From contig CAIYSA010000051.1 of assembly GCA_903928655.1 (NCBI GenBank), forward strand, positions 5,061-69,060: a DNA stretch of 64,000 nucleotides, in the 5' to 3' direction. Under the pieces are notes generated by a model. The model saw nothing but the letters and a program-made list of their open reading frames with translations. It did no database searches and was not told where the DNA came from. Shown one piece after another: positions 47,570 through 56,637 of the stretch. The DNA is from an uncultured Bacteroidota bacterium. Its GTDB lineage: Bacteria > Bacteroidota > Bacteroidia > B-17B0 > Aurantibacillaceae. A program made the position numbers and the translations under genes. Numbering within the stretch: the stretch's first letter is position 1; each line of letters starts with the position of its first letter.

Positions 47570-48238
47570 TTACCACTCAGCTGGTCCAAACTTTTTTGAA
47601 AGCACATGCTTTGGAGCAATAACATAAAAAAGTTGGTCAAACCACAACATTAATTTAAAGGCATAAGTTGGCGAATTTAATTTGTCGCCGATGCGTTGCG
47701 TATTTTTCATTGTAAACCGGTAACCAATATCGGTTCCCAAACCAAACCATTGTGTTAATTTAAATTGTACTGAAATCCCTGGTTCGTATAAAAGTAAAAA
47801 ATGTTTTTTTGACCTTGTTTTAATGTTATTATCTGAATATTGAAACCACGCTAATCCTGTTCCTAATTGCAAAGGCACGCTTAGTTGCCAACGTTTGGTT
47901 TTATAAAAAAAGAAATCGGCATAATAAGCAATGTAACCAAACTCTAAATAATTTTTAACCGTTTCTTTATTTCCAAGGTAATTAGTAATTTCTAAATCAT
48001 CACTTACATCAGACTTTAACCAACTATAACCTACACCAACTTTTAGTTTTTTTTGAAAAACAACTCCAAGTCGCACTCCTTCAACTTTTACAAGTCCATT
48101 GCGAAGAAATGAATACCGCGATTCTAAGCGAATTCCAATACTTGGCTTTTTACTAGTAAGAGATTTGATAGTATCTAAAAATTGGGCTTTCACCAAAAAA
48201 GTAAAACCTAAAAAAATACATATAAATAAAAATCTCAC
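47570..48238 (-). CDS. Hypothetical secreted protein, probable small outer-membrane beta-barrel
   Basis: Signal peptide MRFLFICIFLGFTFLVKAQ. Alternating hydrophobic beta-strand pattern and an aromatic C-terminus region. Confidence 0.5.
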   Translation of the reverse strand: MRFLFICIFLGFTFLVKAQFLDTIKSLTSKKPSIGIRLESRYSFLRNGLVKVEGVRLGVVFQKKLKVGVGYSWLKSDVSDDLEITNYLGNKETVKNYLEFGYIAYYADFFFYKTKRWQLSVPLQLGTGLAWFQYSDNNIKTRSKKHFLLLYEPGISVQFKLTQWFGLGTDIGYRFTMKNTQRIGDKLNSPTYAFKLMLWFDQLFYVIAPKHVLSKKFGPAEW

Positions 48239-48324
48239 TTAACAAAAATAAACTAGATTTTTAGTTATAGAACTATCAAAACTGGAATTGTATTAACAAA
48301 AATCTAATAGTATTTTTGTATAAT

Positions 48325-50439
48325 ATGAATTCAGTTAATTCTTTTTTAGATACGCCCATCGGATACCTCAAAGGTATTGGTCCAATGCGTGCTGAATCTT
48401 TTCAAAAAGAATTACAAATCTATACATACAAAGATTTAATTACACATTACCCATTTCGATACGTTGACAGAACGAAGTTTTATAATATACAAGAGGTTAA
48501 TGAAGACGGTGGTTCATACCAATTGAAAGGCTTTATAGAAAGCATGGAAACTGTTGGGGATAAACGTAACAAAAGATTAGTAGTAAAGTTTAGAGATAGA
48601 ACTGGTGTTATTGAATTAATTTGGTTTCAAGGACAAAAATGGATGTCTGAAAAATTAAAACTGCAAACAGAATATATTATTTATGGAAAAGCCACACAAT
48701 TTAATTATAAGTTTAACATTTCACATCCCGACATTGAAGTTGTTTCGGAAGAAATTCTATCTCAGCAATCCGCATTTCAATCTGTTTACCATAGTACTGA
48801 AAAATTAAAATTTAGAAATCTAGATAGTGAAGGTATTAGAAGAGCGCAGCGAGCATTAAGTAATCAGCTAACTACTCAAAATAGTGTTGATACACTAACA
48901 CCTACTATTATTAGTGATTTTAATTTGATTTCAAAACATGATGCTTTAAAGCAAATTCATTTTCCAGACTCAAAAGAATTATTAGAAAAAGCACAATTTC
49001 GTCTAAAATTTGAAGAGCTTTTTTATAATCAATTAAAACTACTTCGCTCAAATAGCATCAGGCATCAAGTAACTAGAGGTTTTGTGTTTAATAAAGTGGG
49101 TGATGTATTTAATTCGTTTTATAAAAACCACATGCCGTTCGAGCTAACTAACGCTCAAAAAAGAGTAGTTAAAGAAATAAGAATTGACATGGGCTCAGGC
49201 AAACAAATGAGCAGGTTAGTACAAGGTGATGTTGGCAGCGGAAAAACGTTAGTTGCATTATTAAGTATGTTACTCGCCATTGATAATGGTTTTCAGGCAT
49301 GTTTAATGGCGCCTACAGAAATATTAGCAAAACAACATTTTGCAACAATTTCTGAGCTAGTAGAACCTCTTGGGATTAAAGTTGACATATTAACCGGATC
49401 ATCAAAAACAAAAGCGCGAAGAATTTTACATCAACAATTGGAAGCTGGTGACATTCATATTTTAATCGGCACACATGCATTAATTGAAGATGTGGTCGTT
49501 TTTAAAAATTTGGGCTTAGTCGTTATTGATGAACAACACAGATTTGGTGTTGCGCAACGAGGAAAAATGCATAAAAAAAATGTACAACCGCCTCACGTTC
49601 TAATTATGACTGCCACGCCAATTCCGCGGACATTAGCAATGACTTTATATGGAGATTTAGACACTTCAATTATTGATGAACTTCCGCCAGGAAGAAAACC
49701 AATTACAACAATGCATTATATGGAAAGCCAGCGTTTGCGTTTAATTGGTTTTATGAAAGAACAAATTGCACTAGGCCGACAGGTTTATGTGGTGTATCCA
49801 TTAATACAAGAAAGTGAAAAACTTGATTTTCAAAACTTACAACATGGTTATGATTGTTTGGTAGATGATTTTAAACCACCTCAATACCAAATTAGTATTG
49901 TGCATGGCAAACTCAAACCACAAGAAAAAGAGTTTGAAATGCAGCGGTTTATTAATAAACAAACGCAAATCATGGTTGCTACAACGGTGATTGAAGTGGG
50001 TGTAAATATTCCGAATGCAAGTGTGATGGTTATTGAAAGTGCCGAACGATTTGGTTTAGCACAACTCCATCAATTGCGTGGACGAGTTGGTAGAGGAGCC
50101 GACCAATCGTATTGTGTGTTAATGACATCTTACAAATTAGGTGCTGATAGCAAACTCCGCATGGAAACCATGGTAAGATCAAATGATGGATTTGAAATTA
50201 GTGAAGTAGATTTAAGATTGCGTGGGCCGGGAGATTTAGATGGTACACAACAAAGTGGTGTGCTCGATTTTAAAATTGCAGATTTAGTGCATGATGGACA
50301 ACTATTACAATTAGCTCGCTCTACAGCCCAAACTATTTTAAATGAAGATGAACAGTTATCACTGCCCGAAAATCAATTATTAGTGCGACAATTAGCCATG
50401 CAAGCCAAAAGTAAAAGTTCGTGGAGCAAAATTGGATAA
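48325..50439 (+). CDS. recG: ATP-dependent DNA helicase RecG
   Basis: Wedge domain, then helicase motifs GDVGSGKT, DEQHRFG, TATPIPRT and QLHQLRGRVGRG. Start set at ATG 48325 (MNSVNSFLDTPIGYLKGIGP). Confidence 0.93.
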   Translation: MNSVNSFLDTPIGYLKGIGPMRAESFQKELQIYTYKDLITHYPFRYVDRTKFYNIQEVNEDGGSYQLKGFIESMETVGDKRNKRLVVKFRDRTGVIELIWFQGQKWMSEKLKLQTEYIIYGKATQFNYKFNISHPDIEVVSEEILSQQSAFQSVYHSTEKLKFRNLDSEGIRRAQRALSNQLTTQNSVDTLTPTIISDFNLISKHDALKQIHFPDSKELLEKAQFRLKFEELFYNQLKLLRSNSIRHQVTRGFVFNKVGDVFNSFYKNHMPFELTNAQKRVVKEIRIDMGSGKQMSRLVQGDVGSGKTLVALLSMLLAIDNGFQACLMAPTEILAKQHFATISELVEPLGIKVDILTGSSKTKARRILHQQLEAGDIHILIGTHALIEDVVVFKNLGLVVIDEQHRFGVAQRGKMHKKNVQPPHVLIMTATPIPRTLAMTLYGDLDTSIIDELPPGRKPITTMHYMESQRLRLIGFMKEQIALGRQVYVVYPLIQESEKLDFQNLQHGYDCLVDDFKPPQYQISIVHGKLKPQEKEFEMQRFINKQTQIMVATTVIEVGVNIPNASVMVIESAERFGLAQLHQLRGRVGRGADQSYCVLMTSYKLGADSKLRMETMVRSNDGFEISEVDLRLRGPGDLDGTQQSGVLDFKIADLVHDGQLLQLARSTAQTILNEDEQLSLPENQLLVRQLAMQAKSKSSWSKIG

Positions 50440-50467
50440 ATAATATTTTACATATAAAAATTAAAAA

Positions 50468-50731
50468 ATGAGAACAGAAAAAAAGAAACAAGTTAAAATA
50501 AAACCTAAATTTAATTTAAAAGGAATTCCCGCAACCTATAAATGGATAGCTGAAATAGCTATAAAACATGCAACAACACAAACTGAATGTGAACAATTGT
50601 TTTTACAAGGTATAAAAATATTTGAAGCAACCGAAGAAACTGAAACTCCAGAAGAATTAAAGAAAATTGAAATTCAAGTTGTAACACAAGCTATTTTACA
50701 AAAAATAGAAATGAGCAAGTCAATAATTTAA
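50468..50731 (+). CDS. Hypothetical small protein
   Basis: 87-aa ORF directly after recG with no recognisable motif. Confidence 0.4.
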   Translation: MRTEKKKQVKIKPKFNLKGIPATYKWIAEIAIKHATTQTECEQLFLQGIKIFEATEETETPEELKKIEIQVVTQAILQKIEMSKSII

Positions 50732-50741
50732 TGCAATTTTT

Positions 50742-51458
50742 CTAAACTAAATCAAATAAATTATTTACTCCCATATAACGGTTTACCGTGAATCCTTCAG
50801 CAAAATCAGTATTAATAGCCCTTCCAAATAAACGAGATTTTGAATTGACGTATTCTATAAAGCCCTTACTCGATATTGGTGTTTGTGGTTCTTTTGAGTT
50901 TGGATCAAAAAACTGTGAAGAATAAGCCATTATAGATTCCATCTTTTTATCATTATATTTTGTAATGTCAATTACAAAATCTGGTTCAATAAAGTTGTCT
51001 TGTATATAATGATAAACCGATTTTGGTCGCCATGGTTTTTGCAACACTTTATTATCAAAGGTTTCAATCTTTGCTAAGCCACTGTAAAAACAAGCCTCTG
51101 AAGTTAATTTAGCAGCTCTGCCATGGTCAGGATGCCTATCGCTTATTGCATTACACAAAATAATTTCAGGTTGGTATTTTCTAATCACTTCGATAACTTG
51201 ACGCAGACTCGCTTCATTGTTTTCAAAAAAACCATCTGCCATATTTAATTGTTCGCGTACTGAAACTCCTAAAATCTTTGCCGAATGCATTGCCTCTTGT
51301 GTTCTTAAAGTTGGGTTTCCACGTGTTCCAAGTTCGCCAAGCGTTAGGTCTAAAATTCCAACAGTTTTACCTAATTCTATGTGCTTTAAAATTGTGCCAG
51401 CACATGATAATTCTACATCATCAGGATGCGCGCCAATTGCTAATATATCTAATTTCAT
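50742..51458 (-). CDS. bshB1: PIG-L family deacetylase, bacillithiol biosynthesis BshB1-like
   Basis: MKLDILAIGAHPDDVELSCAGT...DLTLGELGTRG...HPDH is a strong match to my recollection of BshB1/LmbE family N-termini. Confidence 0.8.
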   Translation of the reverse strand: MKLDILAIGAHPDDVELSCAGTILKHIELGKTVGILDLTLGELGTRGNPTLRTQEAMHSAKILGVSVREQLNMADGFFENNEASLRQVIEVIRKYQPEIILCNAISDRHPDHGRAAKLTSEACFYSGLAKIETFDNKVLQKPWRPKSVYHYIQDNFIEPDFVIDITKYNDKKMESIMAYSSQFFDPNSKEPQTPISSKGFIEYVNSKSRLFGRAINTDFAEGFTVNRYMGVNNLFDLV

Positions 51459-51464
51459 TTTCGT

Positions 51465-52598
51465 TTATTTTAATCCGTTATACAAATCTACAACTTCATT
51501 TACAAAAATAGACCATTCGTATTTTTGCTTTTCATGCTTCATTCCTTCTGTAAATTGTTGTTCTTTTTTGTTTTCAAAATAATCATCCAAACTTTTTGCA
51601 ATGGCCTGAGGATTTGGTTCAACCACATAACCCGCCACATTGTCTGGAATAATTTCGCCTAAACCGCCAACGTTAGTAACCAATGTTGGCACTTCAAAAT
51701 GAAAAGAGACCTGCGTAACACCACTTTGCGTAGCCGAACGATATGGCAAAGCTACAATATTAGCCGCCGAAAAATATAATTTAACATCATCATTTGGAAT
51801 AAATCGATCCAATAAAATGACTTGTTCTTCAATATGGTATTTTGAAATTAAATCTAAGTACGGCTGTTTGTCTTCATAAAACTCACCAGCTATCAGCAAT
51901 TTATTATTTGGATTGGTTTTTAAAAGTGAAAACGCTTCAATTAATAAATCCAAGCCTTTGTATTTTCGTATTAATCCAAAAAACAAAATCACCTGATCTT
52001 CTGGTTTCAAATTTAATTTTAATCGCGCTTCTTGTCTTGGAACTTTTTCACCAAAGGCTGTATAAAGTGGATGCAATAAATATTTTTTATGCGTTTTATT
52101 TGTAAACTTTTCTAAATCGCTCATCACGGCTTTACTCATCGTAACAAAGCCATCGCAACCTTTTATAAAATAAGAAGCCAACTGTTTATCTCCAATGCGT
52201 TTTTCGTGAGGAATCACATTATCTGTTATTGCTAACACTTTTATGTTTTGTTTTTTTACTAAACGTGCAATAGTTCCCAGTGCTGGACCCATGAAAGGAA
52301 TCCAAAATCTGAAAATAATAAAATCAGGCTTTTGCTTTTTAATAAATGATGCCGTTTTAAACCACGATAATGGATTAACAGAATTGATCAAGGTATGAAT
52401 CGTTATATTTTTTGGAGCAGTACCATTAACATGATATTGCGTGCTGCCAGGAAACAAGAAATTAGGATATTGCAAACTATAGGAAATAATTTCGCATTGG
52501 TGCCCTTGTTTATTCAAAGCTTCGCAAAATAATTCGTCGAAACTAGCTAAGCCACCACGTAAAGGATAAGCCGGACCTATAATAAAAACTTTTGCCAT
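51465..52598 (-). CDS. GT4 (GT-B fold) glycosyltransferase
   Basis: 377 aa. The C-terminal half has the E-x7-E-like region (...PYRSATQSGV...FEVPTLVTNVGGLGEII), typical of family 1/4 glycosyltransferases. Confidence 0.75.
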   Translation of the reverse strand: MAKVFIIGPAYPLRGGLASFDELFCEALNKQGHQCEIISYSLQYPNFLFPGSTQYHVNGTAPKNITIHTLINSVNPLSWFKTASFIKKQKPDFIIFRFWIPFMGPALGTIARLVKKQNIKVLAITDNVIPHEKRIGDKQLASYFIKGCDGFVTMSKAVMSDLEKFTNKTHKKYLLHPLYTAFGEKVPRQEARLKLNLKPEDQVILFFGLIRKYKGLDLLIEAFSLLKTNPNNKLLIAGEFYEDKQPYLDLISKYHIEEQVILLDRFIPNDDVKLYFSAANIVALPYRSATQSGVTQVSFHFEVPTLVTNVGGLGEIIPDNVAGYVVEPNPQAIAKSLDDYFENKKEQQFTEGMKHEKQKYEWSIFVNEVVDLYNGLK

Positions 52599-52612
52599 TC
52601 TGTTTGCTGAAA

Positions 52613-53902
52613 CTATTTCTTTCCTACAACTAATTCAATTAGATCCTTTTCTTGAAAATATTTATTTGCTAAATCCTTAATATCTTGAGGCGTAATTGTT
52701 TTAACTGCATCAAAGTATTTTTCAAAATAGGTATAGTCTAAATCAAATTCCCAAATTGCTTTAAACTTATCAGCTAAAGCATACGGCCCATCCACACTTC
52801 TTAAAAACTGGCCTAATACATAATTTCTAACGGTTTCTAATTCTTCTTTACCAACAAGCTTTGTACGTAAAATATTTATTTCTTTATAAATTTCAGTCAG
52901 TGTTTGGTTGGTTACATCAGCTCCAACTTCTGTAGAAATGAAAAAATAACCGGCATTAACTAACGAAGATAATCCAGAGCCAATCCCATAAGTGTAACCT
53001 TTATCTTCACGAATATTTGCCATTAAACGAGAACCAAAATATCCTCCTAAAATGGTATTTAATACTTGAAATTTAAAATAATCAGGGTGTGTTTTGTTAA
53101 AAAGCATTCGCCCAACTCTAATGGCCGATTGAATAGCGTCTGGTTTTTCAATAAAATGTTTTTGAATAGTAGTGGTCTGTAATTCAACAACGGGCTTGTT
53201 TAATTCGCAAACGGTTCCCCATGTTTTTTTTCCAAAATAATTATTTAATGTTTCAATTAAAGTATCATCTAATTTACCAGAAGCAAAAATAGTACAGTTT
53301 CCCGAATGATAATGTTCTTTATAAAACTGAATAACAGACTCTAAGTTTATTTTATCAAAATCTTCGGTTTTAACAGAAAGGCCATACGGGTGTTTTTCGC
53401 CAAACATTAATTCGGTATAACGCCTGCGTGCTAATACATTTACTTTTTCAGAATTAACTAAGTGTTTTTGTTTTTTATTAGAAACATAAATATCAAATTC
53501 ATCTTTAGGAAATGTTGGGTATTTTATAATTTCCTCAACATAGTGTAAGCTTTTTTCAACGTATTTGTTTAAGCTGAATAAAGCCAGGGTTGCATAATCC
53601 TGATCGACAGCACACTCAAAAAAAGAACCAAAAAAATCGATGTTATCCGAAATTTGATTAGCCGTGTATTTTTTTGTTCCCGTTTCTAAAAGATTGTTTG
53701 CTGCAGATGCAACTAATGGCTCTTTTTGATAATACATCCCAGCTTTAAAAACTAACTCAATTTTAGTAAGTTCTTGCGAGCCACTATTAAGCGTGTAAAC
53801 TTTAATCCCATTATCTAATACATCCTGTTTAGCTTTTGTAATATCAATTTTATCAATTGTTTTAAAAGCAGGTGCTTGTTTTCTGTCTAAATTCATAAGC
53901 AT
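52613..53902 (-). CDS. M16 (insulinase/pitrilysin) family protein, non-catalytic type
   Basis: 429 aa with the M16 two-domain pattern. At the position of the HxxEH zinc motif the sequence reads VASAANNLLETGTKKY, so His/Glu/His are absent. Confidence 0.75.
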   Translation of the reverse strand: MLMNLDRKQAPAFKTIDKIDITKAKQDVLDNGIKVYTLNSGSQELTKIELVFKAGMYYQKEPLVASAANNLLETGTKKYTANQISDNIDFFGSFFECAVDQDYATLALFSLNKYVEKSLHYVEEIIKYPTFPKDEFDIYVSNKKQKHLVNSEKVNVLARRRYTELMFGEKHPYGLSVKTEDFDKINLESVIQFYKEHYHSGNCTIFASGKLDDTLIETLNNYFGKKTWGTVCELNKPVVELQTTTIQKHFIEKPDAIQSAIRVGRMLFNKTHPDYFKFQVLNTILGGYFGSRLMANIREDKGYTYGIGSGLSSLVNAGYFFISTEVGADVTNQTLTEIYKEINILRTKLVGKEELETVRNYVLGQFLRSVDGPYALADKFKAIWEFDLDYTYFEKYFDAVKTITPQDIKDLANKYFQEKDLIELVVGKK

Positions 53903-53965
53903 AAATTTACTCAGAATTTTGAGTTATACCAATAGAGTGTTGAGAATAGTCTTATTAAATTTTTT

Positions 53966-54147
53966 GTCACATCGAGCGGAGTCGAGATGTTTTTTAGGTT
54001 CTCGACTTCGAACTGACAGATTACAATATTCCGATTTTTGCAATAGTTAATAATTGCTATTGAACATTTAGTTATGCTGAACTTGATTCAGCATCTCTGT
54101 TCTATAACTCTAATGTTGCCAAGACCATGAATCGAGTTCAGGGTGAC
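53966..54147. repeat. Cluster of three short GC-rich hairpin-forming elements (REP-like) in an AT-rich spacer
   Basis: (1) 53966-54018: gtcacatcgagcgga-GTCGAGA-tgttttttaggt-TCTCGAC-ttcgaactgac. (2) 54074-54094: ATGCTGAA-cttga-TTCAGCAT. (3) 54123-54147: gaCCATGAAtcgagTTCAGGGtgac. The core of (3) is the reverse complement of (2) at 13 of 14 positions (CTGAACTYGATTCA). Confidence 0.7.
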
Positions 54148-54174
54148 AACAACACAAAAAAAATTGATTTTAGA

Positions 54175-54513
54175 TTAAAGCGCGTTTTTTAAATTAAGAA
54201 GCTCTTGTTTAATGTTCTTTAATTTAGAAATAACCTCCGCATTTTTTTGATCACTTTCTTTTAAACCGCCTTTAAGCTTGTCTTTAGCGCCTTGCAGTGT
54301 GTAGCCTTTTTCTTTTACAAAATGAAAAATCAGTTTGAAATTTTCAATATCTTTTTTTGTAAAAAGACGATTTCCTTTCTTGTTTTTTGAAGGGGTAATA
54401 ATGTCAAATTCCTTTTCCCAAAAGCGAATCAGAGATGTGTTTACATCAAACATATCGGCAACCTCGCCAATAGGATAAAATAATTTCTCTGTTTCTTTTT
54501 CAAGTAATGCCAT
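54175..54513 (-). CDS. Small MerR-family transcription regulator
   Basis: 112 aa. HTH is YPIGEVADMFDVNTSLIRFWEKEF, followed by a coiled-coil tail. Confidence 0.8.
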   Translation of the reverse strand: MALLEKETEKLFYPIGEVADMFDVNTSLIRFWEKEFDIITPSKNKKGNRLFTKKDIENFKLIFHFVKEKGYTLQGAKDKLKGGLKESDQKNAEVISKLKNIKQELLNLKNAL

Positions 54514-54791
54514 TACTCAAATATAATTAAGAAAATGATGAAAGCCATTTCTGTTTTTCAACAAAAAGGGGCTGCAATTAACAATTATAACAAAACCTAT
54601 AAATTGGATACGCGATAAAGGCCTTTTTAAATCATGCTCGTTAAGACCTCATCCACTTTTTGAGTGATAGCTAAATTTAAATTTAATTTTTCAATCGGAC
54701 GCCTACTTATAAAGGTTTATAGCTTCCAATTCGAAGAACAAAGATTCATTTAAACACCGAGCCGACAATTTCGTTAAGTGCACAGTTTCCT

Positions 54792-55256
54792 TTACCAAAT
54801 TATTTTAAATAATTTGCAAACACCGCTTTCCATTATCAGTGTCTCATTCCATTGACGAATAACTGTATTAGAACCATCAAATGCTTTGACCGTCACAGAA
54901 ATTGATTTGTTTTTTGTCCCGTGCATGATTACCCAGTTGCCAATCGTTGATGTACTACAGTTAGGTTCAGATGACCATAATATAAAAGCAGGAATAAAAT
55001 TAAAATTAACTTCATTGTCAACAAAAACTGATACACAAGCTATATTATTAGCGAGTAAACTATCCCGTGTAGTATTATCATACCATGGCGTTAAAAAACC
55101 ATGAAAACTGCAACTGCCATCATCTTCATTTGCTTCAGCCTTGAACGTGTCTGCTGTTGGATCGGTGCAACCAGTAACCTTTTTTTTACAAGACGCTATA
55201 CTAAATACCAGAATAAGGACCAGACATGATTTATATATAACCAATTTACTATTCAT
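54792..55256 (-). CDS. Hypothetical lipoprotein
   Basis: Lipobox FSIASCKK. It has a GCTDP....F...AN.DDGSC motif that I recall as common in Bacteroidota lipoproteins. Confidence 0.55.
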   Translation of the reverse strand: MNSKLVIYKSCLVLILVFSIASCKKKVTGCTDPTADTFKAEANEDDGSCSFHGFLTPWYDNTTRDSLLANNIACVSVFVDNEVNFNFIPAFILWSSEPNCSTSTIGNWVIMHGTKNKSISVTVKAFDGSNTVIRQWNETLIMESGVCKLFKIIW

Positions 55257-55455
55257 AATTAAGTTGTTTAAGATATTCCTAAAAGATTTATAGAGATAAG
55301 CTGATTCAATTTCCCAAACGTGTTTCGCCTGGGCTGAAACTAAGCCCTAATTAACTTTTATAAATATAATCATTTAGCCTTATCAAGCCGTTGTAAAAAG
55401 TTTTCTTTTGAAATTACTTTCAAACTGATATCAAAAAATCAACTATTTTTTTCAA

Positions 55456-56637
55456 TTATTTAATAAATAATTCATCATCACTAGCACAAGTCAGGCATTT
55501 TGGTCCTAGGCGAGGGCTAACCATGAGTTCTTCAGCTTTTAAACCTTTTAATTTTTTATCAAATTTTAAAATCATTTTTACTTCCGATTTAATTGTTAAA
55601 CCAGACTTTACCGAAGCATTCCAAATCATATCTTTTACAGCCTCTTCCACTAATTTATTTAATTCGGCATTTTCACCTTTTATAACTACTTTTTTAACTG
55701 TACCATCTACGTTTAATTGTAGTTTTAAGTCAACTTCATCTTTCTTCATTTTTTTTGTTAGCGCAACCTTATCTTTAAAAAAAGCATTTAAGTCACTTTC
55801 GCCAGTTCCATAACAAGCGGTGTGGCAAGCTTTTGGGTCTTTTGCTTTTCTTGGTTTAGCAGGAGGTACCGTTGCTTTGTTTTTAGAGTCGCTCACTTCT
55901 TCTGTGTTGGCGTTAGTAGGTGGTGCAATTGCTTCCACTTCTTTTTTTGGTTCTTCTTTTTTTACAAGTTCTACTGGTTTTACTTCTTCAACTTTTGCTT
56001 CAACTTCTTTTGCTTTTTTAGGCTCTTCTTTTTTTGGTTCTTCTTTTGCAATTTCCTTTTTGGGCTCAACAGGTTTAGGCGTTTCTACTTTTGCTACTTC
56101 AACTACTTTTTTTGGTTCTTCTTTTACAATTTCTTTTTTTGGCTCAATTGGTTTAGGCTCTTCTGCTTTAACCACTTCCACTTCTTTTTTTAGCACGCTA
56201 ACTCCTTTTGGCGTATAATAAATATAAAAGCCTTGTACTTCTTTGTAACTTGGACTTGAAGCATCTTGGCTACATTGGCAAATGTTTTTGTAAGTTGTTG
56301 TTGCCTGAAAAAATTCGGGATACGTTGGCATCAAATTTTCCCAACGCTCTTGGTTATATGCATCGCGGTTCTCAAGTTCTGAAGTTGAACTCTCAGAAAA
56401 AACAAGTACTATTTTTTGAATCACAAATGATTTGATGGAGTCTCCAGCTGATGTTGCTTTTACTGGTTCAGGCCCTCTTTTAGATCTAATAAATACAAAG
56501 TTGTCATTATTGGCTTTGTATGGTGTTGTAGTAGAATCTATGCCAAAGGTAAGTTCATAAAAGGAAGGCTCTTGCCCAAAAACTAAATTGCTGGATATTA
56601 TTAATGCGATTACAAAAATTGCTTTTATTGATTTCAT
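55456..56637 (-). CDS. Secreted protein with a Lys/Glu/Pro/Val-rich tandem-repeat linker and a C-terminal TonB-C-like domain (tentative)
   Basis: 393 aa with a signal peptide. The central ~110 aa are EPKP(I/V)EPKKEI(V/A)KEEPKK repeats. The C-terminal ~90 aa resemble a small alpha/beta TonB_C-type domain, which is a weak call. Confidence 0.6.
   Translation of the reverse strand: MKSIKAIFVIALIISSNLVFGQEPSFYELTFGIDSTTTPYKANNDNFVFIRSKRGPEPVKATSAGDSIKSFVIQKIVLVFSESSTSELENRDAYNQERWENLMPTYPEFFQATTTYKNICQCSQDASSPSYKEVQGFYIYYTPKGVSVLKKEVEVVKAEEPKPIEPKKEIVKEEPKKVVEVAKVETPKPVEPKKEIAKEEPKKEEPKKAKEVEAKVEEVKPVELVKKEEPKKEVEAIAPPTNANTEEVSDSKNKATVPPAKPRKAKDPKACHTACYGTGESDLNAFFKDKVALTKKMKKDEVDLKLQLNVDGTVKKVVIKGENAELNKLVEEAVKDMIWNASVKSGLTIKSEVKMILKFDKKLKGLKAEELMVSPRLGPKCLTCASDDELFIK
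55944..56158. repeat. Imperfect in-frame tandem repeat (units about 78-87 bp) inside 55456..56637
   Basis: tttttggttcttcttttgcaatttcctttttgggctcaacaggtttaggc at 56031-56080 recurs at 56109-56158 with 5 mismatches and one 1-nt offset. A more degenerate copy starts at 55944. Confidence 0.8.

Noticed and set aside
51465-52598. Calling the GT4 gene bshA because it abuts bshB1.
   Set aside because: The N-terminal region does not resemble the BshA sequences I remember. Without a search the symbol would be a guess, so it is kept as generic GT4 and raised as a finding instead.
55345-55357. The 13-mer CCCTAATTAACTT is repeated at 58458-58470, and TAAGCCCTAAT occurs at 55341 and 58474.
   Set aside because: Exact 11-13-mer matches are expected by chance dozens of times in 64 kb of AT-biased sequence when both strands are considered. 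No extended similarity surrounds them.
55820-56218. Two overlapping plus-strand ORFs (132 and 123 aa) rich in Phe/Ser/Gly.
   Set aside because: They are the mirror image of the K/E/P/V-rich tandem repeat of the minus-strand gene 55456..56637. The repeat suppresses stop codons in several frames.
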